Shown here: piece after piece, positions 50,055 through 57,726 of the stretch | Numbering within the stretch: position 1 is the stretch's first letter | How the letters are laid out: each line of letters begins with the position of its first letter | Assembly: GCA_964389655.1 (NCBI GenBank) | Contig: CAYMED010000006.1 | Span: 4,679 to 68,678 of the forward strand | Direction: 5' to 3' | Source: an uncultured Candidatus Poseidoniales archaeon | GTDB taxonomy: Archaea > Thermoplasmatota > Poseidoniia > Poseidoniales > CAYMED01 | DNA length: 64,000 nucleotides | Position numbers and translations under genes: made by a program | The notes under the pieces: generated by a model | Told to the model about the DNA's origin: nothing | What the model saw: the letters and a program-made list of their open reading frames with translations, nothing else | The model's database searches: none

Positions 50055-50450
50055 ATGGGGATGTCGCTGAGAGAATTAACGATCGCAATCCAACGCCATA
50101 TCGACACACAAATGGAGTACAATGTCGCTGAAGGAATGGCCGAACATGCACTTGGATTCTTCGGATATTACGATCGAATCATTGATAATGCACTTGAACC
50201 CACGGATCGAAATCTATTCTACATGTTCCAAGATTACGAGTTGCTAACGACTGAATCTGAAGAAACTACATTGTGGGATGGAAGAGACTGGCGCATACAC
50301 TATTGGAAGTTCAAACCAGATTTGAGAAGCAAGGTGCAGAAATATGCTGAAGAAGAAGAAAAAGACGAAGGCGATCCGTTTGCTGACATCTATTCCGAGA
50401 TTCCTGAATCAGTATGGGGCTTGCGGTCGGATGATGAAGACGAATCCTGA
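50055..50450 (+). CDS. Conserved hypothetical protein of Thermoplasmatota (recalled as DUF6015-like)
   Basis: AEHALGFFGYYDRIIDNALEPTDRNLFYM..EETTLWDGRDWRIHYW; family name from memory. Confidence 0.7.
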   Translation: MGMSLRELTIAIQRHIDTQMEYNVAEGMAEHALGFFGYYDRIIDNALEPTDRNLFYMFQDYELLTTESEETTLWDGRDWRIHYWKFKPDLRSKVQKYAEEEEKDEGDPFADIYSEIPESVWGLRSDDEDES

Positions 50451-53400
50451 AGTTCTACGTGTCCGTTCTGGAGCATTGCTGGGAATACTATTGCTGGCAA
50501 CCGTTTCTGCTGGATCTACTGAAAATAGTTCATCTAACCCCACGCTAGACATTCTTGTCGACTGGAGCATCGCTGCTAATGGGAGTCTAGATCCAGGAAT
50601 TATAATCGAGAGTAGTTCACAAATCGAGGGGAATTTATCAAATTGGATGCTCTCTGTTATTCGTTCTGGCGCTAATAATGAGGTCATATCATTCAATTCC
50701 AGTGATTCGAGCATTAGTGGTTATCGTTTCTCCCTATCCGAGCCACCTATTTATGGAGAAATCATCTCAATCCAAGTTCTTGAGAGTGGGATGAAAATTG
50801 CAGAGCGAGCATTCTCTGTTTCTCGATGGAATGAGCCAATTGGAGAACATGAAGTTGCTCTGCGAAGCGTTTGGGAGACAAAACAATCAGAGGCAATAAA
50901 TATTGAATCGTTTGCACTCTCCTTTGATGGACAAGGATGGCAAAAGCGCCATTCTAATGGTAAATTGACATTAGAAGAAAGGGGAATTGGATCTCTTCAG
51001 TTGAATGAAATAATTGATGGGCAAAATATCAGAGTAGATTTAGACCTAGATCGCGTGTGGAGAAACCTTAGCCTTTCCGAATCCGTTTTTGATTCTGAAA
51101 TCTTTGAAATGCATGGTAATGGGACAATCACATCTAGCCTATCAACTGTCGACCAACAGGAAGGGGCATTTGATGCAACAATATCTACTGCATCTTGGAT
51201 TCGAGAAACTTATCCCAATAGTACGCGTGAATGGGCACATCTCTCGGCATCTGGTGATTTAAGAATCACACCTTCATCGAATAATGAGGATAGACAGAAC
51301 GAGAAAGAGAGTTCTGAAAAAGAAGAGGATACCCAGAGAGGGTTAGATGTGAATGGGACAATTCATCGTTTTGCTGTTGAATTTGAAGATGTGAATGGCG
51401 AGCGCATATTTGATCGCTCTGCCCTTGAAGCTACAGCACAAGTCATATTCATAGACGGGGATCTCCGTTTTGTCTATGACCTTGAAGATATGACAATAAT
51501 TGAAGAGTGGAAAAATGGAGTTCGTGTAGAGCAAATTGATAGACAAACAGGGCAGGGCGTCTTTGGTGCAGTCATAGATGATGAAAATTCATCCATCATT
51601 GTGAATGGAACTATCGTGAATTTTCATCAGGAAAAAATCAATGGAAATACAACAGGGGACATATTACATGTTGATGGAACATTTTCAGGAGATATAAGTG
51701 GTTCATTTGGGACTCTCCGGGAACTTGAACGCCAAGGTCAAATGCAAAATAGCACCGGGGAACTTTTTGATGTCAACATTATTCGACATCAGGAATGGCT
51801 CAATTTATCAGGGGCAGGAGGGCTTCCTTCTCTTTTCGGTTCAATGGGGACCAGCCACAATGAAACTCTTTTCTGGGATGTTCGATCAACAGCATATGAT
51901 AATCGAACAATCCACCTAGAATGGGAAGAAACTGGTTCTGACCCGTCTTCAGGATCTGAATGGCCTGAACGGTCCCCCATACCATTTGATGAAAATCCAC
52001 CGAGAAGTGATTCTATTTTCGGATCGAGTAATACCACGCGAGAAAGAGGAATAATGCCCCTCCCCCTTCTACCCAAAGACAAAATATGCGTGATGGAAGA
52101 TTTAGTTGTCCGCCTTTGTATCACTGCAGAAGAAACTGATGAAGCCGACCTTGCAGGCCTCTCTGGGTTCAATGTGATTAAATGGAATGGGTCTTATGTT
52201 CAAGGAGGATCTGCTACCGGAGCGACAATCACATCTGGCCCATTAGCGGGGCTAATTGGATGGGTGGAACGTAATTTAGAAACTAGTTTTGGGGATATGC
52301 AAGAAACGATCACAGAAAATCAATCATTGATCAAGATTGTATACCCCCCTGTAGTAACTGCAGAAGAGAATGAGCCTCCAATCATTAGAAAAATTAGCTT
52401 GTCCGAAGGTGTTCTACTGAATGAGGGGGGATCTGCAGTGCTTGAAGTTCAAGTTGATGATCCAAATCATAATGTAATCGCTGTTGAGGTTGTAGTTGAT
52501 GGGAATAATTCAATTTCTCTTTCAGATAATGGATTAGATGGGGATCGTAATCCCGCAGATGATGTTTGGTCAATGAAGATTCATGCTGAAGGAATTAGAA
52601 CAGAACCCATTGAAATTACAGCCACTGCACGAGATGGATTTGCATTGAGTACACCACTGACAAAAATGATCCAAATCACCGATAGAGCACCTCGGTTAGT
52701 CTCAGCAACATTCATGCCAGTTCAGGCAGTTCGAGGTGAAAATATCAATACAACTATAATTGCAGAAGATGGACATGGAATCAGTGCCATCCAATTGGAT
52801 CTCAGATTATATGGTGGAGAATTGATTAATTTAAGTGATCATAAAAATACAGGAATGTGGATTGCTGAATTTACAATACCTTCAGGCATGCGCCCTGGTG
52901 TGCGCGATATATATTTGATAATGAGGGATGGCTTCGGCACAGAGGCTGCAACAACTGTATTTGGAGCATTAACAATTGACAATGAAGGGCCCCTCGTCAA
53001 CGCATCCCTCAACCCATATTCTGCAAAAAAAGAGAGGCAGGCAATGACGACGCTGCTAAGTGCGAGCCCAATTGATAAAGATGAAATTGTTTTAGTTGAA
53101 GCTCGCCTAGGTGTTTTTGATCCAAATGGCGATGAAACGAGATGGACACAATTGCATGATGATGGGCTCAACGGTGATTTGATTGCGAACGATGGTATTT
53201 GGACATTTGAAATAAATGTCAGGGAAGGAATTCCAGCGGGGAAATACCAAATTTGGATTCGAGCAACAGATGTATACGGGGGCACCGATTCAGAAGCGCT
53301 CGACTACATCCTAATTGAGGAAGATGCAAACCATACCACTGTCGAAGGAGCATTAGCGGGGATCACACCCATTATTGTTGGAGGGATATTGGTCACTGGA

Positions 53401-53475
53401 ATCATTGCAGCCACTATTGCAGCAGTCATAGCACTACCAAAATTGCGAAATGCCGTTAAAGATGACGATGTATAA
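50431..53475 (+). CDS. Large type-I single-pass surface protein with Ig-like / choice-of-anchor-X-like repeats
   Basis: Signal peptide from ATG 50431/50434; repeats LSDNGLDGDRNPADDVWS and LHDDGLNGDLIANDGIWT; C-terminal TM and short tail. Confidence 0.82.
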   Translation: MMKTNPEVLRVRSGALLGILLLATVSAGSTENSSSNPTLDILVDWSIAANGSLDPGIIIESSSQIEGNLSNWMLSVIRSGANNEVISFNSSDSSISGYRFSLSEPPIYGEIISIQVLESGMKIAERAFSVSRWNEPIGEHEVALRSVWETKQSEAINIESFALSFDGQGWQKRHSNGKLTLEERGIGSLQLNEIIDGQNIRVDLDLDRVWRNLSLSESVFDSEIFEMHGNGTITSSLSTVDQQEGAFDATISTASWIRETYPNSTREWAHLSASGDLRITPSSNNEDRQNEKESSEKEEDTQRGLDVNGTIHRFAVEFEDVNGERIFDRSALEATAQVIFIDGDLRFVYDLEDMTIIEEWKNGVRVEQIDRQTGQGVFGAVIDDENSSIIVNGTIVNFHQEKINGNTTGDILHVDGTFSGDISGSFGTLRELERQGQMQNSTGELFDVNIIRHQEWLNLSGAGGLPSLFGSMGTSHNETLFWDVRSTAYDNRTIHLEWEETGSDPSSGSEWPERSPIPFDENPPRSDSIFGSSNTTRERGIMPLPLLPKDKICVMEDLVVRLCITAEETDEADLAGLSGFNVIKWNGSYVQGGSATGATITSGPLAGLIGWVERNLETSFGDMQETITENQSLIKIVYPPVVTAEENEPPIIRKISLSEGVLLNEGGSAVLEVQVDDPNHNVIAVEVVVDGNNSISLSDNGLDGDRNPADDVWSMKIHAEGIRTEPIEITATARDGFALSTPLTKMIQITDRAPRLVSATFMPVQAVRGENINTTIIAEDGHGISAIQLDLRLYGGELINLSDHKNTGMWIAEFTIPSGMRPGVRDIYLIMRDGFGTEAATTVFGALTIDNEGPLVNASLNPYSAKKERQAMTTLLSASPIDKDEIVLVEARLGVFDPNGDETRWTQLHDDGLNGDLIANDGIWTFEINVREGIPAGKYQIWIRATDVYGGTDSEALDYILIEEDANHTTVEGALAGITPIIVGGILVTGIIAATIAAVIALPKLRNAVKDDDV

Positions 53476-53476
53476 A

Positions 53477-55630
53477 TCAAAAGCCAACGCCACTAGGTAT
53501 GAGCGCCATTGGGCCAATGACAATTATTGCAAATATGAGATGGCCAATGATCGATCCGCCATTTAGCAGGGGGAGACCTGGTTGTGGACGACCCATTGCA
53601 ACTGAAACCATGAGAAAAGAATAGCCAATTAAGCCACCAATGAGTGTTCCAATTGCAACCCACATGCCGGCACTTAAGCCGGCAGTGGGATCACTTGATA
53701 TCCAAGTAAGGGATGAAATCACCAACATCCCTGGAAATATAACATCACCCAACCCCATGAAAAGGGCATCTCGGTTTGAAGAAGAAGTGGATTCGGCTTG
53801 GTCAGTAGTGGGCTCAGTCCCTGCACGTTCTCTTAGATCTGAAGGGGATTTTGCATCACGGAAGGAATATCCTTTCTCTTGTGGAGATACCAATAATATA
53901 GGCAATTTGAGATCAATCATCGTGTCTGCAAGTTCAAGCATGTGTTTTGAACGGTGTACTGCCCAAAAATCATACACTGCTGCTAAAATCATAAACAATA
54001 TTACCAACCATGGAACAAAACTTACTCCAAGAATTGTCACAACTCCTGAACCGACAAGAATACCAACTGTATTCACAACCCACCACTCTGGATAAAATAT
54101 CAATGCCACCATCAAACTAACACATATGCCAAGTGCAATGATGTCCACAAGATAAACGCCCGCATCCCAAAGGAGAAAGACGGGTTTTTCAGTAGGAAGG
54201 TGAAGGCTTGCTGAGGTCCAATTCCCATTGAATACCAAAAACACATCTGAATCGTAAAGGCCCTCCTCTGACCACAATTCGTTAACATCATGACGCAATG
54301 AAAGTTGAGATTGATGTGAAGCGCCAAAATCATGCTTTAATGTCAAATGTTCTGTGAAAGAAGTACCTGAAAGCATTCGAAGGTGGGTCGAATCGGTCAC
54401 GAAAAGATCATTCCATCCACCCTGATTCCAATCGGCAAGTTTGAGCCCTAGAATCGGTGCATCAAATTCGTTTTTCACATTGAGGAGAGGTTTTTCTCCA
54501 AGAGAAAAATTTGAAAATACTTCAAAGCCAGTGACTGAGCCAGTACTATCTCCAAGAACAAGAATATTCGTCCCATCATCATCCACATGTGAGGACATTT
54601 CAGTGGTGGGTGAACGGCCAAATTCAATTGCAGTAAGAGAAATTGATTCACTCATATTTAATTGCCAATTTGTCTCAAATGGGACTCCACGTGACGCACC
54701 TTGGGGTCCAACCCCACAACGTGCACTCCACTGATCTGCAGGTGGGAGGTCAACAAGTGCTACCGATCCCGAATCTGCAATCATGAGATCTCCATTGTTT
54801 AAGAGTACTGCAGAAACCCAGGGTGCTCGCGTTGCCACACTTGATGGAAGACTACAAACAGTGTCTCCGTGTTCGTATTTTGGATCGAGCAGGGATATGC
54901 GCCGATGGTCAATTAACACGACTTGGCCTTCAAGTTCTAACGCATAATCGCAAGAAAATCGGCTTAGATCCCTGTCATCTCGATCTGCGTGCCCTTCAGA
55001 TCGCAAAGTTCCATTCTTTGCGTCAAGGATAGCCCAAGCATCTTCAGTACAGACTCCAATATAGCCATCACCCTGTGCGAGTAGTGGGGGTGCTTCGGGA
55101 GTCAAATTTGAAAGATTGTATGACCAGATAGTCTCTTTCTCTACCCCAATTGATGTTTTTGTTGGATTTCTTACTGCCTCAAGAGTGCTCCCATTCCACA
55201 ACAACATACCACTTCCATCGATTAAATCATCAAGGTATAGGTCTCCCTTGACTGGTTCATCAAAAGAGGGAGGATCTGTTGAATCTGATATCAAGAGAAA
55301 GGTGATTGGAGCAACTGAAGTCAGGAGAGCAAAGAAAAGAATGCCAAAAATCCCCCAGCGAATGATCCATTTGTGCCCTTTTTTAGCTAGCCAAATGATG
55401 AGCGCCGTAAATGCAAAAATAAGGAGTAATTCAAACCCAATCCACCTCACTTGTGAGGCGCCTTCTGTGCCAAATGCTCGGCTACTCTCGTTGTTGTGAT
55501 ATGGCTGTATCCAAATACCTAGTAGTATTGTTATGACAAACATGGTTGCCATACCAGCCATTGACACCCATTGTTCGCGTAGTAAAGCAAGCCGGTTGAG
55601 CGGGCCTCCTTCGGTTTGATTCTCGCTCAC
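53477..55630 (-). CDS. Presenilin/SPP-family (A22) GxGD intramembrane aspartyl protease with large inserted extracellular domain
   Basis: AVYDFWAV (YD), MGLGDV (GxGD), PGLP (PAL-like); 9 TM; about 375 soluble residues between TM3 and TM4; GTG start at 55630. Confidence 0.92.
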   Translation of the reverse strand: MSENQTEGGPLNRLALLREQWVSMAGMATMFVITILLGIWIQPYHNNESSRAFGTEGASQVRWIGFELLLIFAFTALIIWLAKKGHKWIIRWGIFGILFFALLTSVAPITFLLISDSTDPPSFDEPVKGDLYLDDLIDGSGMLLWNGSTLEAVRNPTKTSIGVEKETIWSYNLSNLTPEAPPLLAQGDGYIGVCTEDAWAILDAKNGTLRSEGHADRDDRDLSRFSCDYALELEGQVVLIDHRRISLLDPKYEHGDTVCSLPSSVATRAPWVSAVLLNNGDLMIADSGSVALVDLPPADQWSARCGVGPQGASRGVPFETNWQLNMSESISLTAIEFGRSPTTEMSSHVDDDGTNILVLGDSTGSVTGFEVFSNFSLGEKPLLNVKNEFDAPILGLKLADWNQGGWNDLFVTDSTHLRMLSGTSFTEHLTLKHDFGASHQSQLSLRHDVNELWSEEGLYDSDVFLVFNGNWTSASLHLPTEKPVFLLWDAGVYLVDIIALGICVSLMVALIFYPEWWVVNTVGILVGSGVVTILGVSFVPWLVILFMILAAVYDFWAVHRSKHMLELADTMIDLKLPILLVSPQEKGYSFRDAKSPSDLRERAGTEPTTDQAESTSSSNRDALFMGLGDVIFPGMLVISSLTWISSDPTAGLSAGMWVAIGTLIGGLIGYSFLMVSVAMGRPQPGLPLLNGGSIIGHLIFAIIVIGPMALIPSGVGF

Positions 55631-55715
55631 AGAACTGCACGGTGGACACTTCCCCTTTGAGACCTCGCCTGACAAACAAGGCGAGGTGTTGAAGCGAACA
55701 TGCTCATGCCAGCCC

Positions 55716-56966
55716 GTGAGCATTCGTGAGTGGCTCGAGTCACTGAAGGCGAAGGGAATGCGAAATAATCTAGACGCTGTAGAAAAAATCTACAGTGCTT
55801 TGGGAAGTCCGAGCAAATCATTGCCATCAATTCTTGTTATTGGAAGCAATGGAAAAGGTACTACTGCCGCCCTCATCGCTGCGGGACTTGAAATGGCGGG
55901 GATATCCTCAGGTCTTTACACATCACCACACCTAATTCATGTTGAAGAAAGAATACACATCAATGGCTATCAAATCAATTATAGTAAATTTGATTGGGCA
56001 TTAGAGAAAATCAGAGAAACCGTAGAAAAGGAAAAACTCGGAAAACCCACCTACTTTGAGGCAACATATCTTGCTGCAATGTTGCTCTTTAAGCACGAAA
56101 AAATAGCAAGTTTTGTTACTGAAGCCGGACTTGGGGGACGGTTAGATGCCACTCGGTTGAGTGACCCAAGAACTTCTGTTCTAACCAGCCTTTCACTTGA
56201 GCATACACAGATACTAGGTTCATCGCTAGAAGAAATTGCTCATGAAAAAATTTCTGCAGTGCCTAGCAAATCTGCACTAATTTATTTTGAAGAATATGGT
56301 ACTATGAATGCGATAAGAAGTGCTGGGCAGAGAGGAGTCACATTGGTTCCCGCACAGAAAATCATTAGTCAATATTGTCAAAATCAAATTAAGGGGATTG
56401 CTGCTGATTTAGCATATTCTGCACTCTGCATCGATTATCCTGAGATCGAATGGAAGAGTTACATAATGGATGCTGTTAAGCGACTCTATTGGCCAGCACG
56501 ACTAGAAAAAAGAGAGTTAATTGCTAATAATGGAGCTGCTTGTCCATGGTGGATCGACGCTGCGCATAATCCTGCGGGAATGAAGATGGCAGCAGCATGG
56601 ATTCATGATTCCACATTCAAACGGAGATGCTTCATCATCGGGTCTTCTTTGCGCAATGATATACATGAACATCTCAAACCAATTTCAGAATGTTTTTGTG
56701 ACAAGGACATAGTCATCATAGTTGAGCCAAAGAGCGGAAGAAATGCACCGACCTCGATAAAAGATATCAAAGATATATTCACCCAACAATGTAAAGGCAG
56801 AGAAATTAATTATGTCAGTGCAAAATGTCCAAATGATGCACTTGAAATCGCAAAGAAATTGATTGAAAAAGCGGAAATTGATCTTGTTGCCAGTTTGGGA
56901 AGCCTATACTTGCAGGGCGACCTTCTAGCTGCTGCTAAAATCAAGATCGAAGGCCGGCTTTGGTGA
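55716..56966 (+). CDS. folC: Folylpolyglutamate synthase/dihydrofolate synthase
   Basis: GSNGKGTT, YTSPHL..ERI, TYFE, EAGLGGRLDAT, WPARLE, DAAHNPAG, GSLYL. Confidence 0.93.
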   Translation: MSIREWLESLKAKGMRNNLDAVEKIYSALGSPSKSLPSILVIGSNGKGTTAALIAAGLEMAGISSGLYTSPHLIHVEERIHINGYQINYSKFDWALEKIRETVEKEKLGKPTYFEATYLAAMLLFKHEKIASFVTEAGLGGRLDATRLSDPRTSVLTSLSLEHTQILGSSLEEIAHEKISAVPSKSALIYFEEYGTMNAIRSAGQRGVTLVPAQKIISQYCQNQIKGIAADLAYSALCIDYPEIEWKSYIMDAVKRLYWPARLEKRELIANNGAACPWWIDAAHNPAGMKMAAAWIHDSTFKRRCFIIGSSLRNDIHEHLKPISECFCDKDIVIIVEPKSGRNAPTSIKDIKDIFTQQCKGREINYVSAKCPNDALEIAKKLIEKAEIDLVASLGSLYLQGDLLAAAKIKIEGRLW

Positions 56967-57006
56967 AGCCGGCAAACCTATGCACTCTCCTTGGGCTTCA
57001 AGGTAC

Positions 57007-57726
57007 ATGTCAAATCATGGCGACGGGCCAACGCGATACAGCCTCCTTTCAGATCGTGCAATAAATCACCGAATTAAACAGGGATCCATCGTCATAGAGC
57101 CATATCATTCAGCACAACTCGGCACCGCATCATATGATGTTACTTTAGGGCCCCATTACTTCCGAGAACAACAACCGGAAGTAGGACAAGGAGTGTATAA
57201 CCCCTATGATGAAAAGATGGTTCGGCGCGTTTGGGGCGAGTCACGTATAGCGCAGTCTGCTTCTGAATGGATGGAAAGTAACACAAAAAAACTCAACGGC
57301 ATATTTCAAAATGATCTAATTATATGGGTCGAACCTGGTGAAACGATCCTAGGTCACACGATGGAATTTCTTGGGGGAAGAGATACTGTAAATACAATGA
57401 TGAAAGCAAGGTCATCAATGGGTCGTAATTTTATTGAAACCTGCAAATGTGCTGGATGGGGAGATATTGGATATGTCAATAGATGGACAATGGAAATTAC
57501 AAACAATAGTAGACACTATTCCATCCCTCTCATTGTAGGGAGGAGAATTGCGCAGATTGTTTTTTTTGAAACTGATGGTCCTACAAAAGGGAGGTCTTAT
57601 GCAGATGAAGGAAAATATCAAGTTACACCAAATGTAGAGGAATTGAAATCTGCATGGGTACCTGAATCCATGCTACCAAAAATGTACCTTGACCGGGAAG
57701 TTCAAGATATGAAAAGCAATTCCTAA
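57007..57726 (+). CDS. dcd: dCTP deaminase
   Basis: LLSDRAI, SYDVTLG, ARSSMGR, AGWGDIGY..WTMEI, RIAQIVF, GKYQ. Confidence 0.9.
   Translation: MSNHGDGPTRYSLLSDRAINHRIKQGSIVIEPYHSAQLGTASYDVTLGPHYFREQQPEVGQGVYNPYDEKMVRRVWGESRIAQSASEWMESNTKKLNGIFQNDLIIWVEPGETILGHTMEFLGGRDTVNTMMKARSSMGRNFIETCKCAGWGDIGYVNRWTMEITNNSRHYSIPLIVGRRIAQIVFFETDGPTKGRSYADEGKYQVTPNVEELKSAWVPESMLPKMYLDREVQDMKSNS

Noticed and set aside
53347-53436. True homology to amyloid precursor protein
   Set aside because: The similarity is short and low-complexity hydrophobic; it is explained by composition or convergence
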